A stretch of 35,696 bases of DNA from Oceanicoccus sp. (GCA_047635955.1 JBLIGW010000003.1:1-35696), one strand, 5' to 3'. Numbered from the stretch's first letter, positions 20,484 to 31,269 are shown. The notes: a model not told the origin generated them from the sequence alone. Program-made: numbers and translations.

Positions 20484-21140
20484 TTACATTATTTTAATTC
20501 CCGATTTACTCACTTCAATCCGACTTGTGTCTTTGAGACGTTTAAGACTGCGCGTTACCGTCACACGATTGAGCCCCGTTAACTCAGCCAACTCCTCATG
20601 CGTAACATATAGATTTGATGCTTTAAAAATACCAAACAAAGAACGGCTTCTAGATTTTTGTAATCGAGTCAGTTCATTCATAATCAAATCTTCTGCAGAG
20701 TCTCCACGTTGCTTCAATCGACTTTCATAATCTTCAATTTTACCTGTAATTTTCTTAATAAAACGGAGCATCAATTCAGGATGAGCTTTTAATACTCCAA
20801 GAAAGTCCTCTTCAGAAAAGATACAAACCTTGGTCGGATGAGTGGTTTCCGCAAAATGTGTGCTTTTTTCAGAGCTCAAACGAATCCCTCCAAATACACT
20901 TCCCGGTCCTAAAACATCAAACACAGTTCGTTTTCCATTTTTACTATGATAAAGACGAACCTCTCCGCGCTTCACCATGTAGATACACTCCAAGAAGTCA
21001 TCTGGTGAATAGATTAGTTCGTCTTTGCTGTACTGACACTCACGCACCTTCTTAGCAATTTGCATGATTTCTTCATCGGCAATACCTTCAAAAATATCTA
21101 AATTTTTGAGGTACCACAACTTGTTGTCTCCTTGGTTCAT
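20484..21140 (-). CDS. Crp/Fnr family transcriptional regulator
   Basis: cNMP-like domain plus HTH THEELAELTGLNRVTVTRSL. Confidence 0.92.
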   Translation of the reverse strand: MNQGDNKLWYLKNLDIFEGIADEEIMQIAKKVRECQYSKDELIYSPDDFLECIYMVKRGEVRLYHSKNGKRTVFDVLGPGSVFGGIRLSSEKSTHFAETTHPTKVCIFSEEDFLGVLKAHPELMLRFIKKITGKIEDYESRLKQRGDSAEDLIMNELTRLQKSRSRSLFGIFKASNLYVTHEELAELTGLNRVTVTRSLKRLKDTSRIEVSKSGIKIM

Positions 21141-21175
21141 AGGATCAGCATAGCGTTAAGCAAAGGAAAAGCAAT

Positions 21176-23413
21176 CTATAGGTTCCAAAACAACTCTTGA
21201 TGTAAAACGTCTTTGTCCGTCACATAAGTAGAACCGTAGAACACCCCCAATCTGTCCAACCAAGCAGATGCCTCATTGTAGCTGGCCTCGTCGTAAGTCC
21301 CCGCTGTGTATTCCACCCATGTTTCCATCCAAGGAACCATTGATGCAAAATCAATAAATTGAACTTGAGCTGCTGTATTGTGATCAATATTTTTAGCAGC
21401 CAATTCAAATCGACGGAGATCTTCTACTGATTCATCACCCCATGCATTTATGAAGTCATCATAGAAAGCAATTGCATATACATCCTCCTCAATAAGACCG
21501 TAGTAAAGTGAAACCTCATCACCATCAAACTGAGATTGATCTAGATCCCATTTACTTACATCACCTGAAACTGAAACATCTTGAACAAAGTAAGTCACTT
21601 CTTCTTCATCGTAAACTTGAGTTTCAGAGTTCCAGTTATAAACTATGTCAGTAACAAGCTCTTCCATCAAAGAATCCAACTCAAGAGTTAATTCAGCCGC
21701 CAAAGCTTTTTCATCACGATGCGTTAAGTGAAGGTAAAAAGCAGTGTCAGGCACAAGACCTCCAGAATCAGCCACAGTGAACGCGTAACCAGACTCTGTT
21801 AAGAGTTGAAGCGTTTCAGAGTCAAAACCAAACTCATCCTCTAAAGATTGATATAAACGCTCACCAGGGGCATAAAAGTCAAACAAGCGATCCACAATTA
21901 AACTCAAATCTTGATCCTCCATATACATCATCAAATCACCTGCGGGAACCCGATCCACCAATTCCAGGTCTTGATCAGAATACGCCATCAAGATTTCACT
22001 CTCATCTGAGCTAAAACTTGAATCTGAAACAAATCTAAATCCATCCGTACTGGCTTCAAGAGTGAATTCTAATTCCTTTATGTCGTCAAAATTCAGATCA
22101 GCCAATCCCAATAAGTCCGTATAAGCTTCAAGACTAGATTCCAGATCCACCCATCCATAAACCAATGAATCAGATTTGATTTCATCAAAACCGTCTTCTG
22201 CCAAAATTTGATCTAAAAGCGCCTCTCGATGAGCGTTTGAATTGGCAAAAACAAAGAGATCTCCATATCGCAATACATATAGATCATCCCACTCTACCGT
22301 CCACATGGTGTAAAGCTCATACGATTCACATTCAATATTTGCTCCATAACTATCCCACATACTATTCGCAACAATATGTTGGAACTCATTGAATTGATCT
22401 ACTGAAAAACTCAGAGCAAAGTCTCCCTCAATACTCTCACCTGTTTCCCAAGACAATCCAATCTGCCAGTCATCCATAATAATTTCCTCACCAAGCTCTT
22501 CATAAGAAAGTTCATCAGCTACCGCCCAATCATATTGATCAATCAACATAGACCAAACCTCACCTCCTCCAATTTCATCCACATGTTTAGCAAATTGACG
22601 AAGTTGACCTCGATTCGTTCCATCCACTTTAAGTACAAAGTCTGAACTTTCAGACATAGCCCACTCTAAAGGCACTCCTTTTACGACATCTGATTTATCA
22701 ATTGAGCACGCATTCGTAAACAACTCACCCATTGGATTAGGCACAGTCCAGAAGTCATAATACTCTGCATCATTATCAATCACCGCTTGAATTCGGTAGA
22801 AAAGCGCCGCCACCTCTTCTCGACTCATGGAGTCATTTGGATAGAACCATGCCTCACTTGAAACAAGACTCTCACTCCAAATCACATGATTTCCTCCCAC
22901 TACTTCAATATTCAAAGCCCAGCTCAATGTGTCATAAAACCAATCTGATTCATTGATGTCTGAATAAGCAACGTAATCTGCAAAAATTGGATCCTCAGCT
23001 GGAAGTAAATCCGCAAAAGCAGTCATCGCCATTTTTACACCTTCAGCACGAGTCACACATTGAGAGGGTCTAAAAGTCCCATCTTCAAAACCTATAACAA
23101 TCCCATCCTCCAGTGCCGTACCAACATAGGCCTCAAACCAAGCCCCTTCAGGAACATCGGTAAATTCACTTGAGCTATTCTGCATTCCACCTTTCATTGA
23201 GTAAAGCACTTTTACAAACTCAGCTCGATTGGCACAATCTTCAGGCCGAAAAGCACCTTCATCATTTGCCGTCATGATCGCATTCGTCGTCATCCAGTCC
23301 ATTTCCGTATCATAAGAGGACCAATACCAATCAGATCCATAAGAAGAAGTAGCTTGAGAAAGTGGCACAAGCAGCATGCTGAACATGGTGACCAGAGCAA
23401 GTAGGCGTTTCAT
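21176..23413 (-). CDS. S-layer homology (SLH) domain protein with acidic C-terminal region (DUF3352-like)
   Basis: Signal peptide; SLH motifs FRP...RAEF, FTDV...WF...G..DGTFRP..VTRAE, FYPN..MSREE. Confidence 0.85.
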   Translation of the reverse strand: MKRLLALVTMFSMLLVPLSQATSSYGSDWYWSSYDTEMDWMTTNAIMTANDEGAFRPEDCANRAEFVKVLYSMKGGMQNSSSEFTDVPEGAWFEAYVGTALEDGIVIGFEDGTFRPSQCVTRAEGVKMAMTAFADLLPAEDPIFADYVAYSDINESDWFYDTLSWALNIEVVGGNHVIWSESLVSSEAWFYPNDSMSREEVAALFYRIQAVIDNDAEYYDFWTVPNPMGELFTNACSIDKSDVVKGVPLEWAMSESSDFVLKVDGTNRGQLRQFAKHVDEIGGGEVWSMLIDQYDWAVADELSYEELGEEIIMDDWQIGLSWETGESIEGDFALSFSVDQFNEFQHIVANSMWDSYGANIECESYELYTMWTVEWDDLYVLRYGDLFVFANSNAHREALLDQILAEDGFDEIKSDSLVYGWVDLESSLEAYTDLLGLADLNFDDIKELEFTLEASTDGFRFVSDSSFSSDESEILMAYSDQDLELVDRVPAGDLMMYMEDQDLSLIVDRLFDFYAPGERLYQSLEDEFGFDSETLQLLTESGYAFTVADSGGLVPDTAFYLHLTHRDEKALAAELTLELDSLMEELVTDIVYNWNSETQVYDEEEVTYFVQDVSVSGDVSKWDLDQSQFDGDEVSLYYGLIEEDVYAIAFYDDFINAWGDESVEDLRRFELAAKNIDHNTAAQVQFIDFASMVPWMETWVEYTAGTYDEASYNEASAWLDRLGVFYGSTYVTDKDVLHQELFWNL

Positions 23414-23514
23414 ATAAAAAGGGTTATTCCGTGAGAGTATACACTGGCATAAAGTAAAAGGATTGAAAAAATTTCAAAATTCTGTAAAGTACATAAGCTA
23501 ACTTAAACTATACT

Positions 23515-24048
23515 ATGACAGATCTTTGGCACGATGTAAGCATGGGAGACAAGGCGCCTAACATTGTTAGAAGCGTTGTTGAGATTCCTGCTGGCTCACG
23601 AGCAAAATACGAACTAGATAAAGAAACCGGACACCTAATTATGGACCGAGTTCTTTACTCATCAATGCACTACCCTGCAAACTACGGATTCATTCCAAAA
23701 ACTTATTGTGATGATGGAGACCCACTCGATATCCTCATTCTTTCTCAAATCAATATTGACCCTCTTTGTTTGGTGAATGCCCGAGTGATCGGTGTGATGC
23801 ACATGGAAGACGGAGGAGAAAATGACGACAAAATTATTGCCGTTGCTGAAGGAGACATGAGTGTGAATCACATCACAGAACTTGAAGATCTACCTCAACA
23901 CCTGATAAATGAAATTGAAAACTTCTTTGAGTACTACAAAAAACTAGAACATAAAGAAGTTAAGATTCACTCATTTAAAGGACGAGAAGTCGCACTTCAA
24001 GTTATTGCAGATAGCGTGAAGCTATACAAGGAAAACTTTCCTAGCTAA
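23515..24048 (+). CDS. ppa: Inorganic pyrophosphatase (family I)
   Basis: KYELDKE, YPANYGFIP, DGDPLD, DDKII. Confidence 0.97.
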   Translation: MTDLWHDVSMGDKAPNIVRSVVEIPAGSRAKYELDKETGHLIMDRVLYSSMHYPANYGFIPKTYCDDGDPLDILILSQINIDPLCLVNARVIGVMHMEDGGENDDKIIAVAEGDMSVNHITELEDLPQHLINEIENFFEYYKKLEHKEVKIHSFKGREVALQVIADSVKLYKENFPS

Positions 24049-24054
24049 ATAGAC

Positions 24055-24088
24055 AAAAAGGCCGTGAGCTCAGCTTACGGCCTTCTTT
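24055..24088. terminator. Bidirectional terminator between ppa and gpmI
   Basis: AAGGCCGTGAGC-TCA-GCTTACGGCCTT with flanking A and T runs. Confidence 0.85.
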
Positions 24089-25556
24089 ATTGAATTAAAC
24101 TTTTTCCAGTCATTAATTTAGGGACATAAAGTCCCATCAAATTCAAAATAGTAGGAGCCACGTCTTGAAGCCCTCCATCAGACAAAGTCACAGCTCCTGC
24201 ACCAATCACAAATAGTGGAACTGGGTTACGAGTATGAGAAGGACAGTCACCACCATCATCATATTTCATTCTTTCTGCATTCCCGTGATCACCAGTAATT
24301 AAAACCACATAATCATTTTCCAAAGCTTTGGGAACAATGCGAGCCAAAGATTGATCAATCACTTCAACTGCTTTAATCGTCGCCTCATAAGAACCAGAAT
24401 GTCCAACAAGGTCCAAATTAGCAAAGTTCAAAGCCACAAAAGAATAATCTTTCTCCAATTCAGGAATCAGCGTATCCGTTAATTCAACGGCACTCATCTC
24501 AGGCTTTTCTGCATATGAAGCCACTTTTGGAGATTGAACCATGATTCGGTCCTCTCCCTCATAAGGGTCTTTGTCCTGACTATTAAAGAAAAAAGTCATA
24601 TGAGCAAATTTCTCAGTCTCAGCCAATCGAAGCTGAGATAAGCCGTTTTTAGCCAAAGTTGAACCAAGATTTTGTTCAACTACCTGAGGTGGAAACACAT
24701 TCGGTACTTTTTCCGTATAAGCTCCAAAGACCACCATGTGTGGATTCAATTCAGTCATCAATTGCTCAGTAAGTTGCGCTGCTCTATCTGTTCTAAAGTT
24801 GAAAAATACCACTGCATCCTCAGATTTAATCAGCCCCTCTTTCTCTAAAAGAACAGGCTCAAAATAATAATCACTCTCAAGTCCCCCCGCGTAAGCGGAG
24901 TCAAGCGCGGAAAGTGCATCATCAAACTCTTCACCTTCCCCCTTAACAAGTAGATTGAACGCTTTTTGTGTTCGACTTTCGTTATTATCCCTATCCATTG
25001 CATAATAACGACCAATCAGAGTAGCAAGCTTTCCACCCGTCTTCTCGAGGTGAGATTCTAGTGTTTCTATGAATCCTTTCAAACTTTTTGGCGGAACATC
25101 ACGACCATCCGTGAATCCATGAACAAAAACTTTATTCAAACCTTGCTGCTTAGCAAAATCTAAAAGAGACAAGGCATGATCCAAATCCGCATGAATTCCT
25201 TGATCTGAAATCATTCCAATAATATGGAAAGCCACATTGTTTTCTTTTGCGTACTTAGCAGCTTCCAACAAAGCTGGCTTTTTAAAGAATTCACCACTTT
25301 CTATACTTTTATCAATCATATGTAGAGGCTGAAGGACAATTCGTCCGGCCCCCATAGTAAGATGTCCTACTTCCGAACCTCCTTGAGTCCCTGCAGGTAT
25401 CCCCACAGCCTCACCTGAGGCTTCAAGCAAACTAGTTGGGTACTTTTCCCGAAGCTCATCAATAAAAGGCGTGTTGGCTCGAAGAATTGCATTCCCTTCA
25501 TAGTCTTCCCCGTGGCCAAAGCCATCAAGCACGCATAATAGAATTTTCTTGTTCAT
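24087..25556 (-). CDS. gpmI: 2,3-bisphosphoglycerate-independent phosphoglycerate mutase
   Basis: LDGFG, SEVGH, DGRD, GRYYAMDRD, ETEK, DHGN. Start moved to ATG 25556 (MNKKILL). Confidence 0.96.
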   Translation of the reverse strand: MNKKILLCVLDGFGHGEDYEGNAILRANTPFIDELREKYPTSLLEASGEAVGIPAGTQGGSEVGHLTMGAGRIVLQPLHMIDKSIESGEFFKKPALLEAAKYAKENNVAFHIIGMISDQGIHADLDHALSLLDFAKQQGLNKVFVHGFTDGRDVPPKSLKGFIETLESHLEKTGGKLATLIGRYYAMDRDNNESRTQKAFNLLVKGEGEEFDDALSALDSAYAGGLESDYYFEPVLLEKEGLIKSEDAVVFFNFRTDRAAQLTEQLMTELNPHMVVFGAYTEKVPNVFPPQVVEQNLGSTLAKNGLSQLRLAETEKFAHMTFFFNSQDKDPYEGEDRIMVQSPKVASYAEKPEMSAVELTDTLIPELEKDYSFVALNFANLDLVGHSGSYEATIKAVEVIDQSLARIVPKALENDYVVLITGDHGNAERMKYDDGGDCPSHTRNPVPLFVIGAGAVTLSDGGLQDVAPTILNLMGLYVPKLMTGKSLIQ

Positions 25557-25631
25557 TGGGCCTATTGTGGCGAAAAACTTGAATGAATTCAATGATAGAT
25601 CTAAAATAGGCGCACACGTCATAAAAATTAC

Positions 25632-26417
25632 ATGATCGCCCTTCCACGTCCCCCTTGGTCACACAAAGGTGATTTCGGCCGAGTCTTAGTCATCGGCGGA
25701 AGTCAAAAGTATACTGGTGCTCCCACTTTAGCGGGAGTTGCTGCGCTACGTGCAGGCTGTGACATTGTCACTTTAATGGGTCACGAACGAGCTATGAACG
25801 CCGCCGCAGCGTATTGCCCCGACCTAATAACCATCCCTTTGCAAGGCGAATTGGACCTAGCACAAGTACAGGACGTATTAGCCGAAGCAAGTCACGCAGA
25901 TGCCGTATTAATTGGAGGAGGCCTACCCGCTTCAAGTTTTGAAGCCATTCGTGAGCTAATTGATAGCATCAAAGTACCCATAGTACTTGATGCAGCAGCC
26001 ATTCACGCTATTGGATCAGACATTCATGAATACGACGACAAAATAATCGTAATGACCCCTCATGCTGGTGAGTTTTATTCACTCACCAATGAGAAACTAA
26101 GCAATGACCTTAAAGAACGTGAAAAACAAGTTATATACTGGGCACGTAAATTGAATGTAACCCTATTAGTAAAAGGTCACGTTGATTTTGTTTCTGATGG
26201 GATGCGTCAAGAAACCAATATGACCGGAAATTCATTCATGACCGTTGCTGGAACAGGAGATGTTCTTGCTGGAGTCCTTGTTTCACACCTAGCTCAAAAA
26301 ATGGAACGAGTAGATGCCACAATCAGCGCTGCTACAAGAGTAGGTCAAGCAGGCGATCTAGTTGCTGAAGCCAAAGGCTCTGCCCTCATGGCAAGTGATT
26401 TACTTAGCGATTTATAA
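25632..26417 (+). CDS. nnrD: ADP-dependent NAD(P)H-hydrate dehydratase
   Basis: SHKGDFGRVLVIGGS, GAPTLA, TPHAGEF, GTGDVLAG. Confidence 0.93.
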   Translation: MIALPRPPWSHKGDFGRVLVIGGSQKYTGAPTLAGVAALRAGCDIVTLMGHERAMNAAAAYCPDLITIPLQGELDLAQVQDVLAEASHADAVLIGGGLPASSFEAIRELIDSIKVPIVLDAAAIHAIGSDIHEYDDKIIVMTPHAGEFYSLTNEKLSNDLKEREKQVIYWARKLNVTLLVKGHVDFVSDGMRQETNMTGNSFMTVAGTGDVLAGVLVSHLAQKMERVDATISAATRVGQAGDLVAEAKGSALMASDLLSDL

Positions 26418-26511
26418 AGGTTTTAAAAAGGCCAGGAGCACTCGGGGTCGGCTCATGAGCCTTACCAACTCGCTTCCTTTTAGTTAGCCCTTTTTAAAAC
26501 CTTTATAAATC
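26409..26511. repeat. Perfect 23-bp inverted repeat enclosing 57 bp
   Basis: GATTTATAAAGGTTTTAAAAAGG at 26409-26431 and its exact reverse complement at 26489-26511. Confidence 0.9.
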
Positions 26512-26531
26512 TACTGTGGCTGCACCTGTAA

Positions 26532-27119
26532 CTATAGACTACCAAGAATTTCATCTAATTTAGCAAAGGTATTTTCGACTTCACCCTGTTTATTCACTAC
26601 GACATGAGTGACTTCTTTAGCCCACTCCATTTCAGTGAGAAAGCTTTGATGACGACGTTCTAGCTCTTCTTCAGATATTTCAGCTCGACTCACTATTCGA
26701 TCTCTTAAAGTATCCCACGAATCAACCGTTAGAAAAATTGAACTTAAGTTGTCAGGGTGAACCAGATCTCGAATGCTACGCAAACCTTGAACATCTACCT
26801 CACGGATCACCAACTTACCTTCTTCCAAAGGATTCATAATACTTTCCTTCAGAGTTCCATAATAATTAGTCCCATGAACCGTTGCATACTCAAGGAAGTC
26901 TCCACGCTCAATACGAGCCTCAAACTCTTCTCTGCTTACAAATAAATACACCTCTCCTTCCTTTTCCCCTTCTCGTGGCTCTCGAGTTGTACAAGAAAGC
27001 GGGAAGACAGCATCACTATGATTTTCTTTAAGATACCTAAGTACGGTTCCTTTACCAGCACCTGATGGACCCAGTATTAAAATTAGGTGTCCAGGGACTT
27101 GACTTTGTTTTGTCTGCAT
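26532..27119 (-). CDS. gmk: Guanylate kinase
   Basis: GPSGAGKGT, SCTTREPREGE, NYYGT, VDVQG. Confidence 0.96.
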   Translation of the reverse strand: MQTKQSQVPGHLILILGPSGAGKGTVLRYLKENHSDAVFPLSCTTREPREGEKEGEVYLFVSREEFEARIERGDFLEYATVHGTNYYGTLKESIMNPLEEGKLVIREVDVQGLRSIRDLVHPDNLSSIFLTVDSWDTLRDRIVSRAEISEEELERRHQSFLTEMEWAKEVTHVVVNKQGEVENTFAKLDEILGSL

Positions 27120-27175
27120 GTTATAATGGTTTGATACGTTGATTAGTTTAGATGATTTGACCCTTAAAAACTAGA

Positions 27176-27281
27176 TGTCCTAAAAGTAGGAAGAGACCGG
27201 AATATATTGATTCCCAAAGAAACTCAAACATTTGTTTCCAAAGAACCAATATATTCCTATCCCTCTCTACTCCAAACCATT
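27176..27281 (-). ncRNA. Putative structured RNA (long G-U-rich hairpin) upstream of gmk
   Basis: About 40-bp imperfect stem, GGAATATATTGGTTC pairing with GAATCAATATATTCC; several apparent mismatches are G-U pairs only on the minus strand. Confidence 0.45.
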
Positions 27282-27478
27282 CAATTGGTAAAAAAAACTT
27301 TTTCAAAACAAAAACAAAAAAGAAAAAGGTTTAGAGCGGAAACGTAGATTAATTCTATAAACACCTTCTCCTGATTCCAACCTTAAAAATTGAAATCAAC
27401 GAAATGGATGCATTGTAAAATTACCTACGCAAACTCCTGAGTCATACCTCTATCAACATACCGATAAGTACCCTAGGC

Positions 27479-27862
27479 TCAGGTTTTTGATTTAACTATT
27501 TTTTTCTTTTTAGGCTTTTTCTTGGAACGCATAGATATAATATGTAGCTCCTTATCTTCAAGGTGAACAAAAATACTAAGCATCATACGAATCAAGATCA
27601 CCAAACCAAGCGTCAAAAAATTATTAACATCACCCTGCTCCAAGGAAAGCGTAATAATTACATCTTTAGCAATCAAAAAATCTAAGCCTAAAGAAAGATA
27701 AATCATCAAAGAATGTCTCAGACGAGCCGTATTTTCATCATTCAAGCCAGTAAAGACATAATGCAGTAACTTAAATAGAGTTACAAACACTCCAAGAATC
27801 ACAATCAAAACTCCCGTATATGAGATCCAATCCCCAACAATAATGATGTAATTTTCAATCAT
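27479..27862 (-). CDS. DUF1622 family membrane protein
   Basis: R..L...LSLGLDFLIAKDVIIT...L...VLIR pattern. Confidence 0.85.
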   Translation of the reverse strand: MIENYIIIVGDWISYTGVLIVILGVFVTLFKLLHYVFTGLNDENTARLRHSLMIYLSLGLDFLIAKDVIITLSLEQGDVNNFLTLGLVILIRMMLSIFVHLEDKELHIISMRSKKKPKKKKIVKSKT

Positions 27863-27896
27863 GGCGTGCGTGGGTTATTTGAAAACATTTTAACAC

Positions 27897-27928
27897 AAAA
27901 AAACAGCCCGACCGAAGGAAGGGCTGTT
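27897..27928 (-). terminator. Intrinsic terminator of ssb
   Basis: AACAGCCC...GGGCTGTT stem followed by a T run on the minus strand. Confidence 0.75.
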
Positions 27929-27939
27929 CAAAATTGGAA

Positions 27940-28416
27940 CTAGAATGGTAAGTCATCAAGACTCATTTCTTCTTCTTTTTTAGGCCCAACCACTGCTGAA
28001 GGTGATGCTGCAGGTGTTGCCGAAGGTTTAACTGCTGCTGCATTAGTTTCACGATTCGCTCCAGCACCTTCTCCCGTAGGAGCTCCAGCACCATTGAGAA
28101 GGATCACATTTTCAGCAACAACTTCAGAACGGTAACGTTTAACACCATCTTCTCCTTCCCAATCACGGGTTTGCATTCGTCCTTCTACATAAATTTTTCG
28201 TCCTTTCTTCACGTATTGCTGACAAATTTCAGCCAATTTCCCCCAAACTACCACATTGTGGAAGTCTGCTTTTTCTTGTTTTTGTCCGGCCTTATCCGTC
28301 CAAACTCGGTTAGTAGCAATAGAGAAAGTAGCAACTGTTTGACCACCAGAAGTTTGTCGAACCTCAGGGTCTCGAGTCACGTTTCCAAGTAGCTGTAGTC
28401 GATTGAGTGAGTACAT
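27940..28416 (-). CDS. ssb: Single-stranded DNA-binding protein
   Basis: NRLQLLGNVTRDPE, WGKLAE, VEGRMQTR, C-terminal DDLPF. Confidence 0.98.
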   Translation of the reverse strand: MYSLNRLQLLGNVTRDPEVRQTSGGQTVATFSIATNRVWTDKAGQKQEKADFHNVVVWGKLAEICQQYVKKGRKIYVEGRMQTRDWEGEDGVKRYRSEVVAENVILLNGAGAPTGEGAGANRETNAAAVKPSATPAASPSAVVGPKKEEEMSLDDLPF

Positions 28417-28582
28417 ATGTATCGTGTTAGTGATTTAAATGACCCCTACTTTAACCGCCCTCACGGCGCTTGGGCAAGCCACTCAGAGAGAAATGACTTC
28501 CATGACTGGCCGATTGTGGTAGTCTACTGCTGTTTTCAGATATAGAGTCCAAATAAAGAGACTCAAAATAAATAAAATTACT

Positions 28583-29752
28583 GTGAAAAATTTCATATTT
28601 CAGACGGGTCACGGGAAAAGATTAGCGATAAAAGAAATCGAAGCCATATTAGGTGAAAATTCTGTGCTGGGAGAAGTTAACGACGGAGTACTTGTTGAAG
28701 CTGAAATTGAAGACGCGGTTGCCCTTATTAACACAATGGGAGGCATCGTACGGATCACCGAGGTAATTCAATCAGGCCCTAGTAGTATGCCTCTGAATTT
28801 TGAATCCTGGGTAATCCGATCACTTACTGATGCCTTTGAAGGGAAGTCTGGAAAATTCCGCTACGGTTTAAGTATCCACCCCAAATCTGACAAAATCCTG
28901 AAATCTTGTTTAATGGGAGCTAAAAAGAAACTGAAACCAATACTGGGAAACCTTAGGTTTGTGAACAAAGATTTCAACAATCTTTCTTCCGTTCAAGCCT
29001 GGCATGAAGGACTCTTAAAGGAAAAATGCATTGAACTACAACTCTTTGAAGGAGAAGATAAGTGGTTCATGTGTAAAACACTCGCAATCCAAGACTTCGG
29101 TTGGTACTCAACTCGTGATTACGACCGTCCTGCTAAATGTGCAAAGAATGGAATGTTCCCACCTAAATTGGCTCAAATACTGATCAACCTTTCAGGAACT
29201 AAAACTCATGTCTTTGACCCTTTCTGTGGAAGCGGAACGGTTATTCAAGAGTCCCTGCTGCGTGGACTAAATGCCACCGGTTCAGACCTTATAGGTGAAA
29301 TGGTTTCAGACAGTAGAGAAAACCTCGAATGGCTCGCAAAAAAAACAGGTAAAACTTTGGAATACGCTCTATTCCGAGCGGATGCCACTCGACTCACCAA
29401 ACAAGAACTACCTGCAGAACCATTTGCGATCGTAACCGAAACTTGGCTAGGACCACGGCTGAGTAAACCTCCAACTGAACTAGAACTACAAAAAATTCAA
29501 AGAGAAATTGAAGACCTTTATGAAGCCTTTTTCGACAATCTAAAACGAATTGTCCAGTCTCCAACTATTGTTGTATTCACAGCTCCTTACCATAAGGACC
29601 AGAACCTACGACACTTCCTTCCCAACTTGCCTGAAATCTTGGCACGATACACTAAGATTATTCCAATTTCAGATCACGAACGACCATCCATGTTCTACGA
29701 ACGAAAGAACCAACTTGTGAGCCGTGAAATTTGGAAAGTCATGGTAGGCTAA
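28583..29752 (+). CDS. TRM11-like (UPF0020) SAM-dependent RNA methyltransferase
   Basis: GMFPPKLAQILINL, DPFCGSGT, GSD, DAT. Confidence 0.85.
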   Translation: MKNFIFQTGHGKRLAIKEIEAILGENSVLGEVNDGVLVEAEIEDAVALINTMGGIVRITEVIQSGPSSMPLNFESWVIRSLTDAFEGKSGKFRYGLSIHPKSDKILKSCLMGAKKKLKPILGNLRFVNKDFNNLSSVQAWHEGLLKEKCIELQLFEGEDKWFMCKTLAIQDFGWYSTRDYDRPAKCAKNGMFPPKLAQILINLSGTKTHVFDPFCGSGTVIQESLLRGLNATGSDLIGEMVSDSRENLEWLAKKTGKTLEYALFRADATRLTKQELPAEPFAIVTETWLGPRLSKPPTELELQKIQREIEDLYEAFFDNLKRIVQSPTIVVFTAPYHKDQNLRHFLPNLPEILARYTKIIPISDHERPSMFYERKNQLVSREIWKVMVG

Positions 29753-30552
29753 CGAAGTGCATTGATGATAGTTTTAGCTTTCACACCTAGGACAAACATT
29801 CTCTGCTCATTCTCAAGCATCTTCATTTCAAAGATTTCTGAAGGAAAGGCATTAGATATTTTTGTAGCATCCGCTTGGCTCATGGAAGCAGTTTTTTTGA
29901 ATTGAGCTAGTTTTTCAAAAAAGGATTCTAGCCTTTCAGACAGATCCCTAGATGAATACATCTTAAAGATTAAAGAAATTAACTGCTGAGTTCGAACATT
30001 TCTCGATTCACACATAGCTTTGACTCTTGCTGGGATTACAGCAGTATTCAATGACTGCTTCTTGTCCGTAAAAAAAGTGCTACCCGTTGCATCTTTCAAC
30101 CTGAAAAATGACACATTATAAGCCGCTACAGTCACATCCCTAGCAACACATTCAGTGATCATACTCGCCCCCTCTTTGCCAGTAATATGATTAGGGTATT
30201 TAAAGATATAAATTGCTAAAACACAAACAAGCAATGACGTACTGCCTGCAATACACGAATTATAGTCAAACAAACATACCTGAGCTAACAATAGTGCATC
30301 CTCAATAGAAGTAACTTCAATGGGCCATTCAGGGTCAACAGGAATAGGTGGCTCATAACCAAATAAATTGACTTCTTCTTTATTTAAAGACTGGGAAATC
30401 ATGCTCTGAAGATCAGCAATAGCAAGCTTAACACCCCCATCTGAGTCTAAAGCAAGCCTATCCTCATGAGATAACGCTTGTAACCTTGCAATAATAGCTT
30501 CAACCTCAGAAAGGACTATACCCCCCTCACAATCATCTAATTCAATATTCAT
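29749..30552 (-). CDS. Hypothetical protein
   Basis: 267-aa ORF, convergent overlap with the methyltransferase; no motif recognised. Confidence 0.7.
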   Translation of the reverse strand: MNIELDDCEGGIVLSEVEAIIARLQALSHEDRLALDSDGGVKLAIADLQSMISQSLNKEEVNLFGYEPPIPVDPEWPIEVTSIEDALLLAQVCLFDYNSCIAGSTSLLVCVLAIYIFKYPNHITGKEGASMITECVARDVTVAAYNVSFFRLKDATGSTFFTDKKQSLNTAVIPARVKAMCESRNVRTQQLISLIFKMYSSRDLSERLESFFEKLAQFKKTASMSQADATKISNAFPSEIFEMKMLENEQRMFVLGVKAKTIINALR

Positions 30553-30620
30553 CTTCCTTGGGCAAAAGAACGGACTATCCGCCTAAGTTCGAGTTTTGTC
30601 AACTATGCTATAGTAAAGAC

Positions 30621-30992
30621 ATGAAAGAACTAAGCCCAGAACAACACCGAGTACTTCGTGAAAAAGGAACCGAAGCTCCTTTTAGTGGAGAATTCTACAA
30701 ACACGACGAAGTTGGCAATTATAGCTGCGCCGGATGTGGGAATTTACTATTCCACTCAGACACAAAATTTGAATCTGGTAGTGGATGGCCAAGCTTTTAT
30801 GATGCCATCGATAAATCAGCCGTTAAGCTCATTGATGACAAAAGCCACGGAATGACCCGAACCGAAGTCGTCTGCGCTAAATGTGACGGACACTTAGGTC
30901 ACGTTTTCCCCGATGGCCCCACCCCGACCGGACAACGTTACTGCATTAATTCTGCTTCACTGGGTTTTTCAGGAGACCAGTCTAGGACTTAA
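30621..30992 (+). CDS. msrB: Peptide methionine (R)-sulfoxide reductase
   Basis: GTEAPF, CxxC pairs, GSGWPSF, HLGHVF, RYCINS. Start moved to ATG 30621, leaderless context. Confidence 0.96.
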   Translation: MKELSPEQHRVLREKGTEAPFSGEFYKHDEVGNYSCAGCGNLLFHSDTKFESGSGWPSFYDAIDKSAVKLIDDKSHGMTRTEVVCAKCDGHLGHVFPDGPTPTGQRYCINSASLGFSGDQSRT

Positions 30993-31031
30993 AAGTTGAA
31001 TTTAAGGTATAGAGTTTTTAAAGAAAATCTC

Positions 31032-31060
31032 TTTACCTTAAAAGTCCGACTCGCTATAAT
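31032..31060 (+). promoter_or_regulatory. tRNA promoter
   Basis: TTTACC-N17-TATAAT, 37 nt before the tRNA. Confidence 0.7.
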
Positions 31061-31097
31061 CCGCAAGCACTTACAGTTTTTCTGTATAGCATCGCGT

Positions 31098-31172
31098 TCC
31101 CCTGTAGCTCAGTGGTAGAGCAATTGACTGTTAATCAATGGGTCATTGGTTCGAATCCAATCGGGGGAGCCA
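31098..31172 (+). tRNA. tRNA-Asn (GTT)
   Basis: Acceptor TCCCCTG/CGGGGGA, D-arm GCTC/GAGC, anticodon stem ATTGA-CT GTT AA-TCAAT, T-loop GGTTCGAATCC, encoded CCA. Confidence 0.98.
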
Positions 31173-31269
31173 ACTTCTTTTTCAGGTTACTCATAAATCA
31201 AACTACGTCTTAGAAAACCACTAAACCTCAGACCCTTGATTGAATCCCAGAATATGCTATAGTTGAAGT

